Assembly: GCA_965644295.1 (NCBI GenBank)
Contig: CBFFRP010000449.1
Span: forward strand, 1-60,380
Direction: 5' to 3'
DNA: 60,380 nucleotides
DNA from: Paraphysomonas bandaiensis
Lineage: Eukaryota; Protista; Chrysophyceae
Shown piece after piece: positions 12,264-23,737 of this stretch. The notes below the pieces were generated by a model. The model was given only the letters and a program-made list of their open reading frames with translations, ran no database searches and was not told the DNA's origin. Every line of letters begins with the position of its first letter. Position 1 is the first letter of the stretch. Made by a program: the position numbers and the translations under genes.

Positions 12264-13819
12264 TATAACCCTGTGTTATGAACGGGTAACTACTTTCAAG
12301 AAGTATGAGACATTTTTCACTTCTTTCAATTAAAGGAGTTACTATGTGGCTATGAGTTCGACGCTATTGCATCAGCTTGAACGCACATTTAAAAAATCGC
12401 TTTGAAAAAAGGAAATTAATTGCACATATTCCACGCTACTAAATTTAATACTGACGACGATAAGAGTATGTAGCGGTGAAAACGTAACTCAGTAGTAATA
12501 AAAATGGTTGTGATATTCTCGGAAGAGTTGTAGTAAATAATGTTGAAAAAGAAAGTTTAATAACATTGAGCTTTTTCAAATACCACGAATGTCATACCTG
12601 ATGCGTCCATCTCTCAGAATCTCAGGAAGAGAGCAAGAGAAACGTTAATGAGTGACATCTGCTGACTTTAAGAGTTTTTAATTCTCACAGTAACAGCTCT
12701 ACAAAGATTAAACTTCAAAACGTCCAATCTTCGGTATCACTTTAGAGAATTCACTCTCTCAGACCACTGTATACGATGGAGTTCAAACATACTTACACGC
12801 ATTGTGCTACATGCAATGGGCTATGAGTAAGCAGAGTGTCACCTGTTAACTCTTAAGACGGTATATGTCTGTATTGAAATGAACATTTTAGCCGCAACAT
12901 TACGAATCCTGTTGTTGCAATCTTTTCAGCGACTAAAAATGAATCACTTTTATTCTTTGTAGTAAATAACTACGCGTATAGTTGATGCAGTGTGTACTTG
13001 TATCACAAATCTCAATTGTTTATGACAGCAATATCTTTTGGACCTTGGATGTCTACTCTACTATTCCGAGAGCATTCAAGAGCTACAGAGCCAGGTACAC
13101 CACTATCAGTTCAATTTCGCATTGAATTTTTCCATCCATAACAGATTTTTCATCGCAAATTAATGCCGTTAGAAAAACGCACTTTTACGTTATGTAGATT
13201 CAACCATTGCTTTGAGAGAAACGCTTTGCTTTGTCATTGATCCGACCAAGTGTGGGGCGGGGGAAGGCTCCATTTCTACAGCAGCATCGTGCTGCTTGTT
13301 TGACCTATATCTACTGTAGATTTCTCTCATTAGTGTTAAAGAAGGCTTCGTCTCCCGCGTTGTCAGATCTTTTTTTATGATGTGTGAGTTTTTAAGATAC
13401 AGTTCAGCATCGGAATCATTCATTTCGCCGTCACAATCTAATACTAAACTGACTGTTTTCATAAATAGTACCATACGTCCGCATACAATAGGTAATAGGA
13501 TATAGTTTAATAAAGGGATTAATTGTGCCAGACTCAATTGTAAATAAGTATGCATCATAAATAGTACTCGCTATTACGTCCTTGTTTTATGTAGAAAGTA
13601 GAAAGAATAAGCACTTACTAAATTGAAGGCATATTTAGGTTTCCATTAACTTTTAGAACAAATAAAATAATATATGCTGTCATCATACGCAATCAAGATC
13701 AACTAACACACCAACATGGAAATTAAGTTCACATCATATAATTATCATTGCACAGTGCTTTTCTCCACTGTACGTGGTATCGATAGAAAATACGATACGC
13801 ATACGAGTTATTGCGGATT

Positions 13820-14563
13820 CTATAGCCAATACTGTGGATACTGTCTGTTTTTGTGAAGATTGTTATACAAGGCACCCACAGCAACCAGGATCGATGATCC
13901 AACTGCCGTCGGTACCAAGAAGTAGAACCCAAGAGAGCTAATATGAGCAGACCCGACTGCAGCAAGCAGTGCAGTTCCACCAGCAGGTGGGTGGACCGTT
14001 CGAGTTGCCATCATCATCATTGTGGCTAAACTCACTGCAACCGGGCCAGCGATGAAAGGCATATCTAATGGTATAAATTGATTCGCACAGATACCACAAA
14101 ACGCAGATAACACATGCCCTCCAATCACATTACGGGGCTGAGAAAATGGTGCAATAGGGGCACCAAATATCAAAACACTCGACGCTCCAAATGACCCAAC
14201 GATCATAGTCGCATCTATCGTTGCAATTCCAAAATGCAAGAGTGACAAAGTGCCAATTCCAATGAAAGATCCAACACCAGCTATCGCAACTTCAGTTGGA
14301 GTGGCACTGGGAGAAGATTTCCCTTCAATTCCATTAAACTTGTTAAAATATATTTCTAATTCACTCTGTGATGGAGGAGTGAGATCATTTAGTGGTTTAA
14401 CTTTTCTGTTCTCTTCAGTTGATTGAGATGAAAACCACAATCGAGATGATACAGCAGATACTAGTGTGTGTCTCTTTGTATGATGGAGACTATTCAGGCA
14501 ACGTGTGGTAGTCCATTGATGCCGTGAATGGTTTCGTAAACATGTAGAGAACTGTAGCCACAT
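13820..14563 (-). CDS. HPP-family integral membrane protein with an organelle-targeting-like N-terminus
   Basis: Motifs GSFGASSVLIFGAPIAPFSQPRNVIGGH and TVHPPAGGTALLA, C-terminal YPQYW, and several TM segments. Confidence 0.92.
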   Translation of the reverse strand: MWLQFSTCLRNHSRHQWTTTRCLNSLHHTKRHTLVSAVSSRLWFSSQSTEENRKVKPLNDLTPPSQSELEIYFNKFNGIEGKSSPSATPTEVAIAGVGSFIGIGTLSLLHFGIATIDATMIVGSFGASSVLIFGAPIAPFSQPRNVIGGHVLSAFCGICANQFIPLDMPFIAGPVAVSLATMMMMATRTVHPPAGGTALLAAVGSAHISSLGFYFLVPTAVGSSILVAVGALYNNLHKNRQYPQYWL

Positions 14564-14747
14564 TTGATATATATAAACACACTCTGTTAATTATATCCTC
14601 AGTCTCATATACAACACTCACTATGAAGAGGTGTAACATATGATTCTTCCAGCAGTGCCATAGAGCAGCAGTGTAATCCCTATACAAATACACTTCTGTT
14701 ATGTTCACCTTTATAAATCCTATTTTTTTTCAATTCAGTAGTCGTAC

Positions 14748-14819
14748 GGGAAAGTGGTCTAGGGGTATGATTCTCGCTTCGGGTGCGAGAGGTCCCGGGT
14801 TCGATTCCCGGCTTTCCCC
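14748..14819 (+). tRNA. tRNA-Pro (anticodon CGG)
   Basis: GGGAAAGTGGTCTAGGGGTATGATTCTCGCTTCGGGTGCGAGAGGTCCCGGGTTCGATTCCCGGCTTTCCCC forms a 72-nt cloverleaf. Confidence 0.96.
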
Positions 14820-15126
14820 GTACTGTTTTATCTGCTGTATACTCTATATACACAAAATCCTACATATATATGACCATTGTGTATGTTTTTCTCGTAAATC
14901 AAGCAAAAAAACACAAGACTTTTAGTTATAGTCTAGTTTTTTATTACACAAACAACGAAAAAGGCAGTTTTTTTTGCCTGACCGTTCCCCCAGAGTATAT
15001 TCCCACAAACAGATATCATAACGAGCCAGATATCAGAACTTAAAGTAATGTTCTCAGTGCAGCCACTCAATTAATACTCCAGGAAGAGCATAAATTCTTG
15101 ATTTGAAGAGGTTTATTTCTATCCTG

Positions 15127-16818
15127 ATGCTTCATGATCTCAGTGGGGTTGGGCTACTGGCAACCTCACTGGCATTATGGAAGCTATACAACATATATAT
15201 ATATAGAAATAGATTACCACTGTACCGAGACGTTATCATAGCAGTTGACATTGGTTCATCATCAATCAAATGTGCAGCTTTTCATAAATATAAAGAGAAG
15301 TATCAATTAATTCCTAATTCAGAGATAAAAGAGACATTTCCAGTTGTGTCAAATGGTGTGGCTAATGCACAGGTTATTTCCACTAAAACTGAGTTCATTT
15401 TATCGCAATGTATATCGCTTTTAAAATATAAAGTTGCAAATATTGTAGCCTTAGGTATATCTACCTTTGCCATGAGTTTAGTAGGTGTGGATAAATTTGG
15501 AACCCCAGTAACTGACGTGTACACCTATGCCGGGAAGGTCGGCGAGAGAAACGGTGAATTGGAACAACAGAGTGAGCTGTTTTCATTACAACATTATAAA
15601 GAAACTGGGACAGTTCTTCACCATCCATGTTATGCTTCCACTCAGTTGAAATATCGAGCATCATCAGTCGAAGTATACAAGTGGCAAACTTTGAGTAGTT
15701 TCTTGATTGGTAGTTGGACAGGTCAAGGCTACAATTGCCCTGTTTCTCTGTCGGAAGCGTCATGGATGGGCTTACTAAACATTCACACCATGAAGTGGAA
15801 CCCATCTACCTTGGCCTATATTGGTATTGACGCAAGCCGTCTTCCCTCATTGAGCATCGATAATTCACCACTTCGCTTTTCCGAGGAGTGGATTTCCTCC
15901 CATCCACTCTGGAGTGTTCTGAAAGACACACGAATTTATCTTGGCATAGCTGATGGAATGGCTGCTTCTTTAGCCTCCAAGTGCGACACCGCGAGTGACA
16001 AACAGAGTGTGTATGCTACAGGGTCAGTTGCTATTACAATCGGCACATCTGCAGCTGCACGAACTGTCGTCTCGGCATCGGAATCTGTTCTTTCCGCCTG
16101 TGAACCCAACGCTGGCTTGTGGGTGTATCGTATGAGTTCTCAGAGTGTCCTTATTGGTGGAGCTCTCACTGATGGGGGTTCACTTGTTGACTGGTTATCC
16201 TCCTATGTCGGACTAAATAGAATCCAAACTCTTACTGAGGAGTTGGAGTCCCAGTATCTGGCGAATAAGAGATGTGGACGACCGGGATGGAGTGGGTTAC
16301 TGGATAGCGCTGGATATCCAATGGTGCTACCCTTCTGGTCAGGTGAACGTTCTACTGGGTGGCGTGAAGATGCTCGTGGTGTTTTATACGGATTGTCTCA
16401 TGCCACAACACCCGCTTTGATGCTCTTGGGGTTAATGACTGGGATCATTGTCCGCCTTGAGGAGGTGGTCTCTCGGATGAGACAGGTCGTTAATGGCATT
16501 GAGTGCATCGTCGCAAGCGGTGCGGTGTTGGAACGACATGGGGTATGGAGGCAGCTGCTGGCTGATATTTGCTTTTTACCGGTACTGACCTTACGTCAAA
16601 AAGATGGGGAGAGAACACTCTGTGGAGTGGTAGAGCATATACGACAATCTACCTCATCAGTTGATGAATTTGCGTCGAATGAGTGTCCTCCAAAAAGCAA
16701 TTGGGATTTTGTTAACAGTGAAACTGAAAATACTCACACTCCAGAACCATTTGGCAATCCCCAAAAACAAGTAGTGGAGAGATTGAAAGCGTTGTATATT
16801 CAAGATATTAAATCTTGA
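15127..16818 (+). CDS. FGGY-family carbohydrate kinase (gluconokinase-like)
   Basis: Motifs AVDIGSSSIK, SLSEASWMGL, ITIGTSAAAR, GGALTDGG and LPFWSGERSTGW. The first ATG is at 15127. Confidence 0.88.
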   Translation: MLHDLSGVGLLATSLALWKLYNIYIYRNRLPLYRDVIIAVDIGSSSIKCAAFHKYKEKYQLIPNSEIKETFPVVSNGVANAQVISTKTEFILSQCISLLKYKVANIVALGISTFAMSLVGVDKFGTPVTDVYTYAGKVGERNGELEQQSELFSLQHYKETGTVLHHPCYASTQLKYRASSVEVYKWQTLSSFLIGSWTGQGYNCPVSLSEASWMGLLNIHTMKWNPSTLAYIGIDASRLPSLSIDNSPLRFSEEWISSHPLWSVLKDTRIYLGIADGMAASLASKCDTASDKQSVYATGSVAITIGTSAAARTVVSASESVLSACEPNAGLWVYRMSSQSVLIGGALTDGGSLVDWLSSYVGLNRIQTLTEELESQYLANKRCGRPGWSGLLDSAGYPMVLPFWSGERSTGWREDARGVLYGLSHATTPALMLLGLMTGIIVRLEEVVSRMRQVVNGIECIVASGAVLERHGVWRQLLADICFLPVLTLRQKDGERTLCGVVEHIRQSTSSVDEFASNECPPKSNWDFVNSETENTHTPEPFGNPQKQVVERLKALYIQDIKS

Positions 16819-16985
16819 TGGTTTGACAGTTGATTTCGAGTTTTTACTGTGTGATGATTGTATTATTTGAGAGAAGGTTTCGATAATTATAAATATAATA
16901 TCGTTTGGATAATTACCAAAGTCTTATTATTATTTGAGGTCACTTTTGGTAGTTATCTATAGTACAGTGTTTTAGTTTGTCATTA

Positions 16986-17717
16986 TTATAAGGGATCCAG
17001 TTTGTCACGGTGTTTGAAAATGATATTCTCATGGATATGTGCAACATCATTTGGGACATTGAAGGAGAAGCTGCCCGAGGAGCTTACTTCTTCTGCAACC
17101 CCCGCCACACTTTGCGAAGACCGGTGCTCCTCCGCTGTCCTCCCCCGTTGAGTCTGTTGGCTCAATAACGCCTGCAGCCAATCTATTTGCTGCTGTACGG
17201 ATTCCAATATGCGGTCGGACCTCCTACTATGTGACCTCCCGATCCTATCCTCACGAGACCTGCGGCTACCCGATCTGCTGTCCCTACTTCTTCGGGACCT
17301 GCAGCTATCACAGCTCCGCGATCTCCCCCAATCTCTCCACCGATCGGATTGCCCCCGAAAACTGCCCGAGCAGCTGCGGGAACGATCCTAGGTGTCCCTA
17401 CCCCTTCGTATTCGGGCCACTTGAGACTGCAGTTTCCTCTGACGGACCTGCCTCAGATGCTGCACAGATTTATCCAAATGATTTTGTTTGGCCGCATCCT
17501 CCGAACTAGATCCATCTGGGATCTCCAAGCCCTCCTCATCGACCCTATCCCTATAGGGATCACTCGATTATTCTTCCTCCGCAGTTTCCTGCCTACGAAG
17601 TTTCCGATTAGAGTCAAATTCCTCCCCTTCCATTGCATTTGAGGTTATCGTTCCTTCCGAGGCCATCTATCCCTCTTTTTCAAGTGCACTCCTAGTTCTC
17701 GTTGTACGTTTCGACAT
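16986..17717 (-). pseudogene. Decayed RS-rich ORF (244 codons, 3 internal stops), probably the 5' gag-like part of a retroelement
   Basis: One frame runs from ATG 17717 to TAA 16986 with internal TAG, TAA and TAG. The segment is GC-rich relative to its flanks. Confidence 0.6.
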
Positions 17718-17840
17718 AAGCGTGATTAATAATAGCGCAAAGAATCATAGATGCATAGACTCGAATGAAACTACTGTAACTAGACTACGCTATCCTTCCA
17801 GTTACTCTTCCAAACTATTCGATTAGGGTTAGTGTTTGAC

Positions 17841-17889
17841 GTAGTTGATTGCATGCCTAGAAAATGCCAAGCTGTGATAGATGCTCAAG
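17841..17889 (+). mobile_element. Tc1/mariner transposase C-terminal fragment
   Basis: Translates VVDCMPRKCQAVIDAQ, matching the Tc1 C-terminal consensus L(V/I)xSMPRRCQAVIxAKG. Confidence 0.7.
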
Positions 17890-18005
17890 ATATTAAGTTG
17901 TTTTTTTCGCAGAAATCTAAAAATCAAGGTTTTGACACTTCATTTATTAAATTTTCACCAATTTTTTATCTAAAGAGCTCGTTCAAAAGTAGATGCATAT
18001 ACACA

Positions 18006-18064
18006 GTATGTATGTATGTATGTATGTATGTATGTATGTATGTATGTATGTATGTATGTATGTA
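18006..18064. repeat. (TATG)n microsatellite upstream of the USP gene
   Basis: Read directly from the sequence. Confidence 0.95.
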
Positions 18065-18171
18065 CGTTTATATATGTATATGTATGTATGTATGCTTGTG
18101 TGTATGTTGTGAGTTAGGGTCATTGTATGTGTTGGGTAATTATATCTTTAGCTCTCTACACAACAATAACA

Positions 18172-20218
18172 ATGAGCTCTAACGGAACCACATCTACCAA
18201 CCGCAAGGTACCCCCTTCACCCCCTTCAGACTATCATTAAATATATATTCATAGGCATGGCCTGCTTCTATCCAATCAAATATAAGTATCCTCACGGATG
18301 ACGAACAACAACTAGTTGATCTCCTTATAGACAACGGACAAGAGCATTTATTCTCACAATGGGCACCTCCAGGTCAAGATGATGATCGTAAACATGATTT
18401 TTTCCGTCAGATTAGTGCTCTACATAGCAGTTATCTTCCAGAGCAAGGCGGTCTCACTGCATATATACGAAATGCAAGACAACTTCTCACTAATTCGAAG
18501 AATGGTGTCAACCCCTTGACAGGTTGAATATATGCTGTGTGTAGTTTTAGCGTTCAACTGTTGTTTCCATAGGTTGGCGCCCAGAAGTTCCCACTGGTAT
18601 TTCCATTGAACCCATATCCTCGAAGTATAGCGTGTATGATTCACTTGGGAAAGCTGAAATAGGTCGAGTGGGATTCGTTTTAGTAGCTGGGGGACTTGGA
18701 GAAAGGCTTGGGTACAATGGAATCAAAATCGAGCTCCCACCAGAGATGACAACTGGTACCAGTTATATTGAGTATTACTGTCAGCAGATATTGGCCATAC
18801 AGGGCAGATACTGCTGTGACGGGGGTAATAAAAGCGAGATACCACTTGCGATAATGGTGTCAGATGATACTGAAGAAAAGACACGACTTCTGTTAGCTGA
18901 AAACAGTAACTTTGGTTTATCAACCAATCAAATCACCATCATGAAACAGGAAAAAGTGGCTGCGCTGATGGACAATGATGCACGCATTGCTCTAGAGAAT
19001 GGCGATCCTTACACTGTTTGTTCCAAACCTCATGGACATGGAGATGTGCATGCGCTTATGCACCGGACAGGTACTGCACAAAGGTGGTTCTCTAGGGGCG
19101 TGAAATGGTGCTTCTTTTTTCAGGACACCAATGGCCTGGCGTTGAACACACTGAGTGCAATGCTGGGGGTGAGCATGGACCATTCGCTGGATGTCAACTC
19201 ACGAACAGTTCCACGCTATGCCAAACAGGCAGTGGGTGCGATAGTGAGGCTTATCAATGATTTAACTATGGATGAAATAACAGTGAATGTCGAGTACAAT
19301 CAGTTGGATCCATTGCTTCGCGCGACGATATCCCCTGATGGTGATGTTAACGATCCAAATACTGGGCGCAGTATATATCCTGGTAATATAAACCAGCTTC
19401 TTTTCCGATTAGACTCCTATGTCGAAGTGCTTCAACGTACACACGGTGTGATGGGTGAGTTCGTTAACCCCAAATATGCAGATACCTCTAAAACGACGTT
19501 CAAGAAGCCGACGAGGCTAGAATGTATGATGCAAGACTACCCTAAGGTGCTAGGGAAGGGAGCTCGAGTAGGGTTTACGGACAGTCCTGGCTGGTGTTGT
19601 TATAGCCCTGTGAAGAACAACACCAAGGATGCTGCTGAATCAGTGGCAAAGGGTGTGCCTGCTGGGTGTGCTATGACAGGAGAGAGCGATCAATACAACA
19701 TGTGGGTAAATATGCTCCGACTTATGGGGTCCACTATTGAAAGCGCCCCATCGATTACTGTCAAGGGTATTACATGCTCACTAGCTCCTCAGATAGTGTT
19801 CCATCCATCTTTTGCAGTTTTTCCGAGCGAGCTTCAAGGGCGAATTGCGTCTCCTGAGAATGTGGTCATCTCAAAGCGGTCTACCCTTATTGTAGAAGGA
19901 AATGTACTTATTGAGAGTCTAAACTTAGATGGAGCACTTAGAATATGCAATCAGTCAGACAGATTGCTGACAATCAGCTTAGATTGCCACACCCCTATCA
20001 GAAACTCTGGTCACGTAGTTGTTGTTGATGACAGTTGTGATGCCAACGAATCAGAAGTCATTCAGATGAGAGGATACAAAATCGTCAAACTTGAACAATG
20101 CTTTATTCATGTACCTGAGAATGCCTCTGGGAATATGGTATTTACGCATGAGTGTTTGAGAAGTCCCTCGAAGAGTAATGTGAAAGCGATTACAATGAGG
20201 TTTTGCGGAAATAATTAG
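18172..20218 (+). CDS. USP: UDP-sugar pyrophosphorylase
   Basis: Motifs FVLVAGGLGERLGYNGIK, KPHGHGDVH, NVEYNQLDPLL, EFVNPKY, KPTRLECMMQDYP and YSPVKN. Two upstream introns (~18208-18254, ~18523-18573) join to an ATG at 18172. Confidence 0.94.
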
Positions 20219-20956
20219 ATTTCGTAGAATCAGTAAGTGTGTATTCGCATTGGATGAACGAAATAATTGTTGTAGTACCACGAAGTTTATGATCGATCTG
20301 TGCGTGTATATCTTACAATCACTATCGTGATAGAAATTTATTGAATATAAGGAATAGAATGATGATACAAAGTATTATATTGGAATGGCCTAATATCACA
20401 CCTATAAATTACTAAATTTGTATAATTCAAAGAGAAGAAGAAATATTAGTAGTAATTGACCTATGATAAATGCATCTTCTTATTTGTATATATCAAATTA
20501 TATGATAATCGACTTTGGTATAAAGGTAAATGTTTCGTACACCGATGTCAGAGTCGTCTTTATGACCCATACTTCATGGGATAATTATTACAATAAACTT
20601 CACCTGGTGGTCATTTTATAAAGCTTTGTATGGTATTATATTATCCCCATTTTTTTTGACCTGATTTGGGTTCAACAGAAGCTCACTTCTATCTTTATTA
20701 TGATATTGACAGTCATAATATATGCTTAGTCTGTAGCCTATTGGATTTAGATTTTAGTTAAATCCCGTAATTTTGGTGTTTTGCGCATGTTTGAAATTTT
20801 GATCTGATTATGTTAATAATGCACACATATAACTCCCAGTTAGTTTAGAAGATAATTTCTTTCATTGTTATTAACTTGATTATTAACTACCAGTTGTCAT
20901 CATCATTTCCAATATTTTCAACACACTTTCAACATTTTTTCAGAATTAATACATAC

Positions 20957-21857
20957 GGGATGTATTATTCAACCTAGAGGCGTGAAGATGGGCTCCTCAA
21001 AATCACTTTCTTCGTCATCAGAATCGCCAGTATCTTCTTCGTCTGAAGATAAAAATGGTCGTTTTTCCAAGGAACTTGGAAGATCTGATGATGTATCTGG
21101 AGTTCTGTCAACAACCTCGTTGATCAGCTCTTCTTCTTCCGCAGACTGTGACAACTGACTGGGGGATTCCATGAGTATTAAGCTATAACTAGAATATATA
21201 TGATATATAAGCTACACTCCTTCAAGCAGCTTATAATAATGTATACTTCTTATTGATGTTGGTAGGTGTGTTTAGATGCTCTCGGAGCCAGTAATATTTC
21301 CTATGGTGGGGAGCAAGTATCTTGGACAGGCAGAATCTTTCAGCTACGATATATCGAACGAACTGCAAATCCTTTCAAGATGCGTTTTGGTTTCGTAACC
21401 AATCATTTGAGTATGTTGTTTAGTTGTCATATCTGTGCATTGTAATTGATATAAATATAAGTGACACTGATAACCCCCCAGACGGCAAGATTTCATGACG
21501 TTTGGTTAGAAGGGAACTTGAAGAAATATATGGATATTCTGTTCAGAGAACGAAGCAGAGATTATTCCTGTTTATGCTACTTGAGCGGTGGAGTTCTGTC
21601 TATGCTACTATGAAATATCTCTTGTTGTATACTCTAACTCTGCTTTTACCTGATCTATGCTGCGTTGGTTTCACTTTTTACCTGCTGTGTGACTTCATTG
21701 TTCTTTAATGCGTTCTTATATGTGAGTACATTTTATGACTAGGTTTATAACTAAAAATGACTAGGTTGAATCATTTATTACTTTGACTAGGTTATTCAAC
21801 CAAAAATAGTGTGACTAGGTAATTCAACCAATTTGACTAGGTTGAATAATATTTCCC
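20957..21857 (-). mobile_element. Non-autonomous Mutator-like (MULE) DNA transposon, 901 bp
   Basis: 21-bp TIRs GGGATGTATTATTCAACCTAG and GGGAAATATTATTCAACCTAG (19/21 identical). Perfect 9-bp TSD AATACATAC at 20948-20956 and 21858-21866. Five subterminal TGACTAGGT repeats. Confidence 0.85.
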
Positions 21858-22846
21858 AATACATACATATATATACTATATACATCATCATGTATGTCTA
21901 TGCTTGTAGTATAGACACCATCATAAATGGAGTGATCTCAGCATCACCACAAGAGGGGGGATTACCTATGGTCATTATCAGGAACAATATCACTCGTGGC
22001 ATCCGATGATAAAACTGGATTTCATTATATTACACTATATAATAGAGAAACCACAATCATGAGCAAACTATCAAGAGCAGATCATCAAACACTCCAAGTT
22101 ATATTCCATCCTTCGACTGCTGTATAAGATCATAATGATGTCAGTGCAAGCGATGATCTATCTTCATAACCAGGACTTCATAACAACTTCAAGAATGTTT
22201 CAAGAAAGTGCTTTATCTAATGCTGTAAAGATGGTTAAGCGCAGTGGCATCCAGTTCTTTCAGGGTTTGAGTTACATTGTGCTTATCAGGATATTGTGTG
22301 CTTCATATTATCATACTTACATAATTTAATCAGGTGCACTAGCAAAGGTTAAGCGCATTGTATATAAATGTGATGGTGATGCTAATTAAGGCAATAAGAA
22401 GCCTTTCGTGCGACTATAACTGTTTACATTCATCATCACACTTATGTACGAATTTCAACACCTCCCAGTTGCTATTTCCTCAGTATCCTTCTGTGGTAAG
22501 AGTACATTTGTTGTCGCTACTATATATATGAATTTGGGGGTTTATTGTTTGAGTTATCTATAGTGTAATTGCAATATTCGCAAAGCATACACAGCCAGTA
22601 TACATAAAATTCATTTTTTTTAATGCTAATTAGGAAACACGTATTTCTTATTACAGCAAGAAAGCTACTAATAGCTATGCAATCTAATATTAAGTTTTCA
22701 ACATCATGAGGATACGCTACAATTTAACCTAGGAATAAGGAGTATCGTCCCTTGTCTAAATTTTAAAACTCGGGCTTTTCACCTTCTTTTCAAATTTTGA
22801 GCGCGGGACGATATAGCCTCCTTATTGCCCGTGGTTAAATATAGCT

Positions 22847-23273
22847 ATATCACTACCCGCTCCCTAAACAAAGTCGGACCTACACTTTTTCGTGGTGTTC
22901 TGGGGGATAAGTACCGGGGATATTTCTCCGGGAAACAACACGAGCCCCATATATAGTCAGCAGATATTGTTCTGCCCACTCATAGTCAAATGCTTGTGTA
23001 GACGCCTATCGGCCTTGACGAATAAACAGGTTTCCGGCAATCGGCCCAACTCAAGGGCAGCATCTGAGGTATTGGGCTGCCTGCTGAAGTCAAGTATCCG
23101 GGCTGCTCACCTTAAGGTCAGCGAGAGAAAGTGTTTGCACCTTGGTGACGCACATGCAGCTTTCGTAGCGTTAAATAGTAGGATATCAAAGTTAAGCACT
23201 AGTTAGTTGAATTGTTTTGCTACATTAGTTCTGACTCTAACACGCCTATTGCTAATAGTCAGACATTCGCTAC
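22847..23273 (-). repeat. Dispersed repeat family X copy
   Basis: The reverse complement aligns with 11800-12260 and 50030-50388. Confidence 0.88.
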
Positions 23274-23737
23274 TAGATTATATATTATATTCCTCTTTAA
23301 GAAATTGACCGCACTTAAAGTGGGATGTATAGCAGTTGTGTCATCCTAATATTTCGTACACGGTTTTATAGTGCACCAAACTATTCCGACTACTAAAGCT
23401 CTATGACGACCGTCCATATGCACGAGCTCACGGCGCACAAAGGACTCGTAGTCCTCTAACCTCTAATTCGCTTCGTGAATGACTTGGTATTCGTATGAAC
23501 AATTGTACTCCTCACAACTATATTATACCAAATGTTTTTGATATTTTCATATATCTACACAGAACGCTAAAGAAGATCCAACAGCAATATAACAATGTTG
23601 ATTCTCTAGTAATTCATGTACTTTAAACAACTATATGTTCCAGTCAATCGTGTATAACCTATTAATTATAATACTGTAAATACAATATAGGAAAAAATAT
23701 TGGTATTCACATTAATTCGCTAACTATTTGAAGGATT

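Noticed and set aside
12560-13560. 122-aa ORF 13190-13558 and flanking coding-like sequence
   Set aside because: No recognisable domain, and many stops in the continuation. It is possibly a decayed element but cannot be supported.
16986-17717. Stop-codon reassignment (TAA/TAG read as Gln)
   Set aside because: Bona fide genes in the window terminate at TAA or TAG and have no internal stops.
20360-22500. Possible plus-strand pseudogene interrupted by the MULE
   Set aside because: Fragments look coding-like with splice-like sites, but they contain multiple stops and show no recognisable homology.
22743-22812. Short inverted repeat TATCGTCCC...GGGACGATA
   Set aside because: Single short imperfect instance, which is too little to call a MITE.
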